Part shown: piece by piece, positions 19,246 through 28,146 of the stretch
Numbering within the stretch: the stretch's first letter is position 1
How the letters are laid out: each line of letters begins with the position of its first letter
Assembly: GCA_963727625.1 (NCBI GenBank)
Contig: CAVSHR010000004.1
Coordinates: forward strand, 1,248,001 to 1,312,000
DNA length: 64,000 nt
Source of the DNA: an uncultured delta proteobacterium
Lineage (GTDB): Bacteria > Desulfobacterota > Binatia > UBA9968
Direction: 5' to 3'
Notes under the pieces: model-generated
Database searches by the model: none
What the model saw: only the letters and a program-made list of their open reading frames with translations
Told to the model about the DNA's origin: nothing
Position numbers and translations under genes: made by a program

Positions 19246-21477
19246 CTAAAAAATTGCCGCCTTCTGGGCGATCTCATCGACGCTGGCGTCAGCGCCCACT
19301 GGAAATTCAACGGTAAAGCGGGTCCCCCTCGGCTCGTTGGGCCAAGCGCGGATGTAACCGCGATGGTCTTCGATGATTTGACTGACGATCGTCAGGCCCA
19401 GACCCGTGCCGTTCTCCTTGGTGGAAAAATACGGTTCAAATATTTTTGTCCGGATCTCCTGCGGCAAACCGCAACCGTCGTCGGCCACTTCCAGCGTTAC
19501 AACGCCGCGCGCCGGGTCATAGACCGTCGCCAGCTTGATCTCGCCTTGGCCTCTAACCGCCGCCACCCCGTTGTCCAATAGGTTGATCAACACACGCTTG
19601 ATTTGATCCCGGTCCAATTCAAGGGGCGGGATCGGCCCGGCGCGAAAATGGAAGTGAATGCCGTGATGGGCTTCTTTAAACAACACCAGAGCGTCCCGGA
19701 CAATCTCGTTGAGGTCGTTCGGCGCAAGCTGTGCCGACGGCAAGCGGGCAAACTGGGAAAATTCATTGACAAGATTTTTGAGCTCATCGACTTGCTGGAT
19801 AATCGTGCTCGTGCACTTGTCCAGGATCGCGCCGTCGCCTTCGAGCATTTTGGCGTAGCGTTTACGCAGCCGCTCCGCTGATAATTGGATCGGCGTCAGC
19901 GGATTTTTGATTTCGTGGGCGATGCGCCGGGCCACCTCTCGCCAGGCTTCCATGCGCTGGACCTTTTGAATTTGCGTGATGTCGTCGACAAACAACATCA
20001 CGCCCAAAATCGCGCCATCGTCGTCGCGTAGCGTGGCCGCGCTGACCAAAAGAGTTAGCAAGCGGTCCAACAGCGAGAGCTTGATCTCCTTCTCAACGGT
20101 TTCTCGCTCCACCACGCTGTCAACAATCTCGCGAATCTCGCGCAGCGCTTCGGCGCGAAAAACCTCGCGATAATTTTTTCCCAGCGCGTGATCGGCTTGC
20201 ACCGAGAGAATTTGCTCGGCGGCCTTATTCCAGGTGGTAATTTTGCCCGCCGGATCGACGGATACGACCCCTGCCGCAATATTGGCAAGCAGCGTTTCCA
20301 CCACCTTGCCGCGTCGCTCGAGTTCCAGCTTGATCTGCTTGAGATCACCGGTCATATGGTTAAACGAGTTCATCAGCACGCCGATTTCGTCGTCGCGGCC
20401 CGACTCGATCTTGTAATCCCAGTTTCCCTGCGCCACCTCGTGTGTGCCTTCCGCCAGCTTCTGGATCGGCACGGTAATGCCCTTTGAGAGATAGATGCCG
20501 CACCAAGTCGCCGCGAAGATGATCACCAATGTCATCAACAGCATCGTCAGAATATAGCTGTTTTTGACCGGCGTCTTGAGAAAAGTCAGATACTTGTACT
20601 GCTCGTAGGATTGTGAAATCTGCAGTGCCTGTTTGGAAATGCTCTTCGGCACGTAGTCATCGACCACCACGACGCCGCGAATGCGTCTATCGCGGTCATA
20701 GAGCGGCACGCCGCTGCGGATCACATCGCCGTCGCCGAAAACTTCCGTGCGTGTCACTTCCAGACCACGCAGTGCCCGGTCGAGAAATTCCGCTTCCGGC
20801 TTGATGACCTCGCCGGTCGGTACTTGCCGGTTAAACGCGACCACTAAGGCTTTACCGTTAGGCAAGAACACCTCTACGGTGCCGAGGTTATACTCACGCT
20901 GTTTGGCTTGAAGGAATTCTTTCAGCGCTGCCGTGCGTTGGGGATCGAAGAGACCATCGTCGGTAATCCGTTGGCTCAACTGTCGGGCATAGAAAATCGC
21001 GTTATTTGCCGAGTTTTGATAATAGGTCTGACCTATTTCCAACGAGCCCTGCAGCGCGCTTTCAACTTTGGAATCGAACCACCGGTCGAAAGACCGAGTC
21101 AACAAGCCGCCCGCGATAGCGAACAGCAGAACGCTCGGCACCAAGGAAAGCGAAACGAAAGCTAAAACCAAGCGCACTTGCAGGCGCGAACCGAGAATAC
21201 GCTGTTTGCGTTCGACGATCAGCTTGATCAAATTGCGCACAACGAGAAAAACCAGCAGACCGAGAAGAATAATATTGACGTTGATCAACAGGAAGAAAAT
21301 GATATTGCTGCCGGTGGAATTTTCCGGCGACACGTCGGGCAACTGAACTTCGAAATAAATGAGCGTGGCGACCATCAACGCGGTGACCAGGATGACGATC
21401 GCTTCGCGTTTGCGGCGCTTGCTTTCCTCCCGTTTGAGAGTCTCTTCGACGAACGTGGCGGAATTTGAGTTTGGCAT
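19246..21477 (-). CDS. NtrY-like membrane sensor histidine kinase (HAMP-PAS-HisKA-HATPase)
   Basis: N-terminal TM helices, periplasmic domain, HAMP ([14 protein letters not shown]), [27 protein letters not shown] (NtrY H-box), NLLDN, DDGCG, GTGLGL. Confidence 0.92.
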   Translation of the reverse strand: MPNSNSATFVEETLKREESKRRKREAIVILVTALMVATLIYFEVQLPDVSPENSTGSNIIFFLLINVNIILLGLLVFLVVRNLIKLIVERKQRILGSRLQVRLVLAFVSLSLVPSVLLFAIAGGLLTRSFDRWFDSKVESALQGSLEIGQTYYQNSANNAIFYARQLSQRITDDGLFDPQRTAALKEFLQAKQREYNLGTVEVFLPNGKALVVAFNRQVPTGEVIKPEAEFLDRALRGLEVTRTEVFGDGDVIRSGVPLYDRDRRIRGVVVVDDYVPKSISKQALQISQSYEQYKYLTFLKTPVKNSYILTMLLMTLVIIFAATWCGIYLSKGITVPIQKLAEGTHEVAQGNWDYKIESGRDDEIGVLMNSFNHMTGDLKQIKLELERRGKVVETLLANIAAGVVSVDPAGKITTWNKAAEQILSVQADHALGKNYREVFRAEALREIREIVDSVVERETVEKEIKLSLLDRLLTLLVSAATLRDDDGAILGVMLFVDDITQIQKVQRMEAWREVARRIAHEIKNPLTPIQLSAERLRKRYAKMLEGDGAILDKCTSTIIQQVDELKNLVNEFSQFARLPSAQLAPNDLNEIVRDALVLFKEAHHGIHFHFRAGPIPPLELDRDQIKRVLINLLDNGVAAVRGQGEIKLATVYDPARGVVTLEVADDGCGLPQEIRTKIFEPYFSTKENGTGLGLTIVSQIIEDHRGYIRAWPNEPRGTRFTVEFPVGADASVDEIAQKAAIF

Positions 21478-21518
21478 CGGCTATCCGGCGCTAAGGGCCT
21501 GGAAAATTTAGGAAAAGT

Positions 21519-21731
21519 CTACCTTCTAAAGAAGTAAAGGACAAGCGACACGATGACGCTGATCAAGATGCAAGTGGCAATTGGAAAATAAAAGGAATAG
21601 CGGCCGCGCTGGATCCCAATATCGCCTGGCAGATCGCCGAGCCAGGGCAGCTTGCCGGCGAGCGAAAAAATCACACCGACAACCACCAAGAACAGTCCAA
21701 GGTAAATAAGAGTCTTGCCGAATCCAGCCAT
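21519..21731 (-). CDS. DUF2905 small membrane protein
   Basis: LGDLPGDI, FYFPIATCILIS. Confidence 0.85.
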   Translation of the reverse strand: MAGFGKTLIYLGLFLVVVGVIFSLAGKLPWLGDLPGDIGIQRGRYSFYFPIATCILISVIVSLVLYFFRR

Positions 21732-21784
21732 ATAACTAGGCTTTAAATGGAATGAATCGCCATGGTTTCGCGTGCCAAACGCAT

Positions 21785-22810
21785 CTAGAACAACGTCGGT
21801 TGTTTTCTCGGTGCGCCGCCCGCCGAAACGTTTGATTCGCGACCGAAATGATCGAAGGCCAGCCTGGTGGCGACCCGGCCGCGCGGCGTCCTCTGGATGA
21901 ACCCGGCTTGGATGAGAAAGGGCTCATAAACATCTTCGATGGTGTCCTTTTCCTCACCGATTGCCGCGGCCAGGGTCTCTACCCCGACCGGTCCGCCGGC
22001 GAACTTGTCGATCAGGGTGAGCAATAACATCGTGTCCATTTTGTCCAGCCCGAGCCGGTCGACTTCAAGCATCTGTAGCGCTTGATCGGTCACCGCTTTG
22101 GTGATCGTGCCGTCGCTTTTGACCTGAGCGTAGTCGCGCACGCGGCGCAGCAAGCGATTGGCAATGCGCGGTGTGCCGCGCGCGCGCGACGCGATCTCCG
22201 CGATGCCATCGTTTTGCTCGCGCACGCCGAGAATCGCCGCGGAGCGCTTGAGGATTAGAGACAGCGCCGCGCTGTCGTAAAAATCCAGACGATGAATATG
22301 GCCGAAACGATCGCGCAACGGAGAGGTTAAGAGTCCTGAACGGGTCGTAGCGCCGATGAGAGTGAATTTTTTTAACTCCAATTTGATCGATCGCGCCGCG
22401 GGCCCCTGGCCGACCATGATGTCGATCTGGTAGTCCTCCATCGCCGGATAGAGCACTTCTTCCACCACATGGTTCAAGCGGTGAATTTCATCGATAAAAA
22501 GAATATCGCCTTCTTCGAGATTGGTCAGCAGCGCCGCCAGGTCACCGGGGCGCTCCACCACCGGACCGGAAGTTGCCCTGATGTTCACGCCCATTTCACG
22601 CGCGATGATGTACGCCAACGAGGTTTTCCCGAGCCCCGGCGGCCCGTGAAACAAAATATGATCGAGCACGTCGCCGCGCTTACGCGCCGCGGCGATCGCG
22701 ACCTTGAGAATGGCCTTGACCTGCTCCTGGCCGACATACTCATCGAACGCGCGCGGGCGAAGGTTGACCTCGTAAGTTAGATCTTCTTCAGTTTTATTGC
22801 CGGTCAGCAT
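21785..22810 (-). CDS. ruvB: Holliday junction branch migration helicase RuvB
   Basis: [41 protein letters not shown]. Confidence 0.98.
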   Translation of the reverse strand: MLTGNKTEEDLTYEVNLRPRAFDEYVGQEQVKAILKVAIAAARKRGDVLDHILFHGPPGLGKTSLAYIIAREMGVNIRATSGPVVERPGDLAALLTNLEEGDILFIDEIHRLNHVVEEVLYPAMEDYQIDIMVGQGPAARSIKLELKKFTLIGATTRSGLLTSPLRDRFGHIHRLDFYDSAALSLILKRSAAILGVREQNDGIAEIASRARGTPRIANRLLRRVRDYAQVKSDGTITKAVTDQALQMLEVDRLGLDKMDTMLLLTLIDKFAGGPVGVETLAAAIGEEKDTIEDVYEPFLIQAGFIQRTPRGRVATRLAFDHFGRESNVSAGGAPRKQPTLF

Positions 22811-22844
22811 GGGAATAAGGTCGGCACGAATTCGGCCAAGCGCG

Positions 22845-23438
22845 CTACGGGCTCATGCGCCGCAGCGCTTCTTTCAAAACGTTTTCCAGTGAACTCTCGC
22901 CCCGCTTGAGCACTTCGCCGACCCTCTGTTCAGCCTCAGTTCTTTTATACCCCAGATTGACCAGCGCCGAAACCGCATCCAGCATCAGCTGCGACCCGCC
23001 GTCCTGCTTTGCGCTCGCCGGCGCGGCCGGAGCCAGCGTGGCAAGTTTATCCTTGAGCTCGACGATCATGCGCTCGGCAAGCTTCCTGCCCACGCCGGGT
23101 ATCGCCACCAAGCGAACCTGATCACCTTCTTTTAAAGCCCGAGCTAATTCTTCCACCGCAATACCAGATAGAATATTGACTGCGAGCCTTGGACCGATTC
23201 CCGAGACACTGAGCAGCAGCAAAAAGAGCTGTTTTTCGCCCGGATCTTGAAAGCCAAAAAGCTGAATCGCGTCCTCGCGCACATGGGTGAAAATTTGCAG
23301 GCTCACCGAAGCCCCGACTTCAGGCAACCGATAAAACACGTTGAGCGGGATGAACACCTGATAGCCCACGCCGCCGACGTCGACAATGATTTCGCCGGGA
23401 ATCTTTTGGGCTAATCTGCCGCTGATTTGCGCAATCAC
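22845..23438 (-). CDS. ruvA: Holliday junction DNA-binding protein RuvA
   Basis: [43 protein letters not shown]; GTG start 23438. Confidence 0.95.
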   Translation of the reverse strand: MIAQISGRLAQKIPGEIIVDVGGVGYQVFIPLNVFYRLPEVGASVSLQIFTHVREDAIQLFGFQDPGEKQLFLLLLSVSGIGPRLAVNILSGIAVEELARALKEGDQVRLVAIPGVGRKLAERMIVELKDKLATLAPAAPASAKQDGGSQLMLDAVSALVNLGYKRTEAEQRVGEVLKRGESSLENVLKEALRRMSP

Positions 23439-23481
23439 GTTGACATCAAAAAAGGCAACGAAACGGCGCTCCGGGGAAGGC

Positions 23482-24075
23482 TCACCGCCGGGAAGCCGTT
23501 TCGCGATAGTTGCGCCAACTGGCCGCCTTAGCGCTACCGGGCAACGACCGCACCAGTAGGTTGTCAAATTTACGCCGGTGGATATGGCAGATCGCTGCCG
23601 CCAGAGCGTCGGCGGCGTCCGCGCGCAGCGCACCGCGCAAACATAACAGCGCGCTCACCATTTTTTGCACCTGCGCCTTGGTCGCCTGACCGTAACCGAC
23701 CACCGCCACCTTGATTTCCGCCGCCGAATACTCAGCGACGTCTATTTGATTTTCCGCCGCCGCCAGCAAGGCCACGCCGCGCGCTTGGCCGAGCTTCAGG
23801 GCGCTTTGCACGTTGCGGGAAAAAAATACTTTTTCCAGGCTCACCGCCGTGGGTTGACAGTGTTCGATGATCTCCCGCAGACCGCGATAAATCCCGCTTA
23901 AGCGTTCCGCAATGCCGAGCGACGCGGGCGCAGCGATGGTTCCATGGGAGTGGCAATGAAGCTGATTCGCGTTGACTTCGACCAAGCCCCAGCCGGTGAC
24001 AAGGGAGCCCGGGTCGATACCGAGAATGATTTCGCGATGGAGCCGCCTGGCGCTGCTCTTTAGCGTCGGCGTCAC
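23482..24075 (-). CDS. ruvC: Crossover junction endodeoxyribonuclease RuvC
   Basis: ILGIDPGS, LEKVFF, LGQARG, GYGQATKAQV, DAADALA. Confidence 0.96.
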   Translation of the reverse strand: MTPTLKSSARRLHREIILGIDPGSLVTGWGLVEVNANQLHCHSHGTIAAPASLGIAERLSGIYRGLREIIEHCQPTAVSLEKVFFSRNVQSALKLGQARGVALLAAAENQIDVAEYSAAEIKVAVVGYGQATKAQVQKMVSALLCLRGALRADAADALAAAICHIHRRKFDNLLVRSLPGSAKAASWRNYRETASRR

Positions 24076-24079
24076 TTGT

Positions 24080-24826
24080 TCAACTCGCCTTCTCCATCAA
24101 TTCGGTGGGAATATTGAAGTTCGCAGAAACGCTTTGCACGTCGTCGTGGTCTTCGAGCTCTTCGGTAAGCTTCAAAATCTGCTCGACATGCTTGGCGTCG
24201 ACATCGACCGTGTTCTTCGGCACGAGAGTCACCTGGGCATTGGCCGCGGCAATTTTTTCCTGATCCAGGCGGTCTTTAACCGCGGCGAAATCTTCCGGCG
24301 CGGTGACGACTTCGAACATATCGTCCTCTTCGCGGACATCCTCGGCGCCGGCTTCTAGAACGATTGCCATCAGCCGCTCTTCGTCGACCTGCGATTTCTC
24401 GACCGTGATCAGTCCCTTGTTATCGAACATCCAGGCGACGCAACCGGTCTCGCCCATGTTGCCGCCATGTTTGGTAAAGAGCCGGCGAATTTCCGAAACC
24501 GTGCGATTCTTGTTGTCGGTTACAACCTGCGCGATGATCGCCGCGCCGCCCGGCCCATAGCCTTCGTACTGAATTTCTTCATAGGTAACCCCTTCAAGCT
24601 CGCCCGTACCTTTCTTAATTGCCCGCTCGATATTATCGTTCGGCATGCTGTTGCTGCGCGCCGCCAGCACCGCCGTGCGCAAGCGCGGGTTGGCATTGAT
24701 ATCGCCGCCGCCCATGCGCGCCGCAACGGTAATTTCTTTTATGAGCTTGGTGAAGACCTTGCCCTTTTTTGCATCCTTGGCAGCCTTCTTATGCTTGATC
24801 GTGCTCCACTTCGAATGACCGGACAT
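24080..24826 (-). CDS. yebC: YebC/PmpR family protein
   Basis: [37 protein letters not shown]. Confidence 0.96.
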   Translation of the reverse strand: MSGHSKWSTIKHKKAAKDAKKGKVFTKLIKEITVAARMGGGDINANPRLRTAVLAARSNSMPNDNIERAIKKGTGELEGVTYEEIQYEGYGPGGAAIIAQVVTDNKNRTVSEIRRLFTKHGGNMGETGCVAWMFDNKGLITVEKSQVDEERLMAIVLEAGAEDVREEDDMFEVVTAPEDFAAVKDRLDQEKIAAANAQVTLVPKNTVDVDAKHVEQILKLTEELEDHDDVQSVSANFNIPTELMEKAS

Positions 24827-25099
24827 AACTTAAACCTTCCCTTTGAATTCGCTGGTAAAGTAACACAAACGACTTGCCGGGTAAACCATGTGCAGACTCC
24901 ATTACCCCTTATCCACACGACTGAAACAATCACCAGCCGTGCCTGCGATCGCGGTCGACGCACGCCGGGTTTTATCATGCAAAAATAAATGACTGCGATT
25001 GAATGGTGCAGTTTACTTTTTTCTCGCCGCGTTTTTCGCTATACTTCGGCCACGATGGGCTGTGTAATCACGTCACGCATGACTCCCGTCGGCTCTCCA

Positions 25100-25756
25100 A
25101 TGCCGTCGCGTCTTAAGCACGCGCCTCTGTTTTTTATGCTCTTGCTGATTCTGGGTTGTTCGATACCACCGAGCAAGGTTCGAGTCCCGGAGCGGTATAC
25201 AGCTCAGTTAAGCCAAACCGGAATCGCCTCTTGGTATGGCCCGGGATTCCACGGCAAAGCCACCGCCAGTGGCGATATTTATAATCAGAACGATCTGACC
25301 GCAGCGCACCAAACCCTGCCGCTCGGCACCCGTGTCATGGTCACGAACCTGGAAAACGGCCGTGCCGCCGAAGTGACCATCAACGACCGCGGTCCTTTCG
25401 CGAAAAGCCGTATCATCGATCTCTCCTATTCAGCGGCGCAATCACTCGATATGGTCGGACCCGGCACAGCGTTGGTTCGCGTCGACGTGATCGATAGTCC
25501 GACCAAGATTCAAACCATCCGTTCTTCTCTCGATTACACGCTGCAACTGGGTTCTTTCGCGCAACTCGAAAACGCCCAGCAGCTGCGCAATCGCCTGGCA
25601 AAATCATTCCGCGACGTGGTGATCGCGCCGTTACTGTCCAAAGACGCCACCTACTACCGGGTGCACTTGGGAAAATTTGCCAGCCGCTCGGATGCCGAAG
25701 AGCAGGCACGGCAGGTGTCCCAAGCCGGCTATTCGGTCATCATCATGGAGCAGTAG
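25100..25756 (+). CDS. rlpA: Septal lytic transglycosylase RlpA with SPOR domain (lipoprotein)
   Basis: Lipobox ILGC, GIASWYG, TAAHQTLPLGT, INDRGPF, RIIDLS, C-terminal LQLGSF SPOR. Confidence 0.9.
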   Translation: MPSRLKHAPLFFMLLLILGCSIPPSKVRVPERYTAQLSQTGIASWYGPGFHGKATASGDIYNQNDLTAAHQTLPLGTRVMVTNLENGRAAEVTINDRGPFAKSRIIDLSYSAAQSLDMVGPGTALVRVDVIDSPTKIQTIRSSLDYTLQLGSFAQLENAQQLRNRLAKSFRDVVIAPLLSKDATYYRVHLGKFASRSDAEEQARQVSQAGYSVIIMEQ

Positions 25757-25792
25757 GTAGATGAACCTAATCGGCTAAAAGTTACCTCTAAA

Positions 25793-27163
25793 TTGCATCC
25801 CCCCTTCCCGGTAGCCCATCATCCTCCGCTGTTTCTAATTCTCGCTATCGTGTTCGCCGGTTGTCTTTCTCCCGAGCGTCAAGTCACTCCGCCGCCCTCG
25901 CCGCTCGCCTTCCAGGAACTCGTCCAACCGCTGGCCCAACGACGCGGGCTACCCGTCAAGGAAGAAATTCGGATCAATCTGCAGGCCGCCCATGGCGCGC
26001 CGGGCATCGTGGGCGAGTTTTCCGGCGCAACGCCAATCGCAGAAATCGAGCGCGCCTACAAAAGCCTCGGCCTGTTGGCTGATAACGCACGACTCGGCCA
26101 CGCGTTTGGTGAATACCGGAGGATTTCGCGGCTAATAGACTATGACCGCACGACCGGCGAGGTGAGCCTGGGGCCGGAAGCCTACCGGCTAGGCGCGCCG
26201 CTTGAGAAAGCGAACCCGCGCGCCGCGCGTGAATTGCCCGTCGCACTGGGAATCGCCTTGGCGTTGCAAGATCAACATTTTAATTGGCGTGAGCGGGTTA
26301 GCTCGATGGCGCGCGAAGACCGCCACGCGGCTTTTCTCGCCCTGGCCGGCGGCGACGCGGCGCTTACGGCGCTTTCCGTGAACACAGGCGAAGACAGCGC
26401 CAATCAGCCGGCGGCGAAACTCCTACTCTCTGCTCAGATCGCCGCCGAAATCGACAAGCTGGCGGCAGCGTTGCCCAACTACTTGCGCCGCCAGTTGACG
26501 CTCCCCTACCGCGCGGGCAGCCAGTTTGTCTATTGGGCCTTCAAAGCACGGGGCTCGGTCGGCGTCAACGGCCTTTATGCTGAGCCGCCGCTCACCACGT
26601 CGGAGATTCTCCATCCGGAAAAATACTTTATCGAACACGCCGCGCCGCTGCGTTTTTTCCCAGCGGCGCTGCTGCGCCGATTCAAAGACGCCCCGATCGT
26701 TGACCGATCGTTAGGCGAAGACTGCATTGCCGGCCTGCTCAGCGGCGCGCACGAGGAAAAATCTGCCGAGGCGACGGCCGCCGGCTGGCGCGGCGACCAG
26801 CTCTTGGCATTTCGCGACGGCGTCAATCTCTCTACGGTCTGGTTCAGCTCGTGGAAAAGCGAAAATCAAGCCCAAGAGTTTTTGCGCGACTATCGAATGG
26901 TCATCGAGGCGCGTCATGGGGTCCGTTTCGGTTTTGCGTCCGCTCCAAAAAATGCGCTTTGGATCGCCAGCGCGCGCGACCGGCGCGGTTGGCTACTGCA
27001 AAACCATGGCTCGGTGGTGCTGCTGGTCAGCGCCGCTTCGGCAGGCCGTTTGGTCGAGCTTGCCAACGACGCTTGGCTGGATTTGGAGATCGACACGGAA
27101 ACGATGGAGCTACCGCTTGACTGGGCGAAGCTCAGCCGTCAATGGTCGGTCGCCAGTAGATAG
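25793..27163 (+). CDS. Hypothetical lipoprotein, degenerate zinc-metallopeptidase-like family
   Basis: Lipobox FAGC; ALQDQHF, GDA, PY..G..FV, TSEILHPEKY, LGE, AAGWRGD motifs; HExxH absent. Confidence 0.6.
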   Translation: MHPPFPVAHHPPLFLILAIVFAGCLSPERQVTPPPSPLAFQELVQPLAQRRGLPVKEEIRINLQAAHGAPGIVGEFSGATPIAEIERAYKSLGLLADNARLGHAFGEYRRISRLIDYDRTTGEVSLGPEAYRLGAPLEKANPRAARELPVALGIALALQDQHFNWRERVSSMAREDRHAAFLALAGGDAALTALSVNTGEDSANQPAAKLLLSAQIAAEIDKLAAALPNYLRRQLTLPYRAGSQFVYWAFKARGSVGVNGLYAEPPLTTSEILHPEKYFIEHAAPLRFFPAALLRRFKDAPIVDRSLGEDCIAGLLSGAHEEKSAEATAAGWRGDQLLAFRDGVNLSTVWFSSWKSENQAQEFLRDYRMVIEARHGVRFGFASAPKNALWIASARDRRGWLLQNHGSVVLLVSAASAGRLVELANDAWLDLEIDTETMELPLDWAKLSRQWSVASR

Positions 27164-28053
27164 CGGGCACCCTCGCGCTTCACCCGCCCCTCGCGCATCA
27201 GTTTCTCTAAATGCGCCTGCACGGAGAACTCCGCGACCCGTTGCAGCGCCGCCGACACGTCGGCGTATATCATCTGCGTGATATCGCCGATGGTGTTACG
27301 GCCCGCCCGCAGCGCGCCAAGCACCTGTTGCTCGCGCTCGAGGCGGTGCTTGATGTACTCGCGAATTTTCGCTTCGGCTTTGCCGATCAGCGGGCCGTGG
27401 CCCGGCAGGATCAAACTGATATCGAAGCCGAGCAATCGCTCGAGGGTCTTCATATAGTCGGTCATGTTGCCGTCGGGCGGATGGATCACCGCGGTGCCGT
27501 AACCGAGGATGTTGTCGCCGCTGAACAAAACTTTGTCGGCGCTTTCATAGAAGCAGCAGTGTCCCGACTCGTGCCCGGGCGTATGGAGCACATTGAGTTC
27601 GCCGTTGCCGAAGGATATCCGATCGTTGTCGTCGTATTGAAAATCCTCCCCGCCAAGATAACCCTTGCGCGACCGATGAATGCCCAGTTTGGCGCCGCAA
27701 CGCTTTCTGAGCGCCAACGCGCCGCCGCAGTGATCGCTGTGAATATGGGTGAGCAAAATCTTGTCGATTTTTTTGACTCCCATGGCCTCGGCCTGCTCGA
27801 TAATGCCGTCCATATTAGAATCGGCGCTCAGCGCCACGTCGATCACCAAACCGCTCTCTTTCCCGACGATATATTGGTTGGTCCCCTGCAGCGTCATGAT
27901 GCCGGGATTGTTCGCGGTAAACTTGCCGATGAATTCCGGTGTCGCCATCGCGGTCCCTTCAGCGGCGGATTCGTCGCCGCGCAAAATTGAATTGGCAAAA
28001 AAAAGTGCCAGCGAGGTTTTGCCCAAAGTCGCCAGCGCTTCTCGTCGGTTCAT
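27139..28053 (-). CDS. MBL-fold metallo-hydrolase (LACTB2-like) with possible Tat signal
   Basis: NPGIMTLQGTNQY, THIHSDH, TPGH, FSGD, PGHG, C-terminal winged helix (AHLEKL); N-terminal NRREAL. Confidence 0.85.
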   Translation of the reverse strand: MNRREALATLGKTSLALFFANSILRGDESAAEGTAMATPEFIGKFTANNPGIMTLQGTNQYIVGKESGLVIDVALSADSNMDGIIEQAEAMGVKKIDKILLTHIHSDHCGGALALRKRCGAKLGIHRSRKGYLGGEDFQYDDNDRISFGNGELNVLHTPGHESGHCCFYESADKVLFSGDNILGYGTAVIHPPDGNMTDYMKTLERLLGFDISLILPGHGPLIGKAEAKIREYIKHRLEREQQVLGALRAGRNTIGDITQMIYADVSAALQRVAEFSVQAHLEKLMREGRVKREGARYLLATDH

Positions 28054-28071
28054 TAGAAATGCATTGAGTTT

Positions 28072-28146
28072 AGGGTCCAAGGTCTAGAGTCTTGGCTCGT
28101 TAATAACGACTAAAGACGCTGGACCCGGGACGCCAGACGCCTGACT
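28072..28146. repeat. Inverted degenerate heptamer repeat hairpin
   Basis: AGGGTCC AAGGTCT AGAGTCT ... AGACGCT GGACCCG GGACGCC AGACGCC between acnA stop and MBL gene. Confidence 0.45.
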
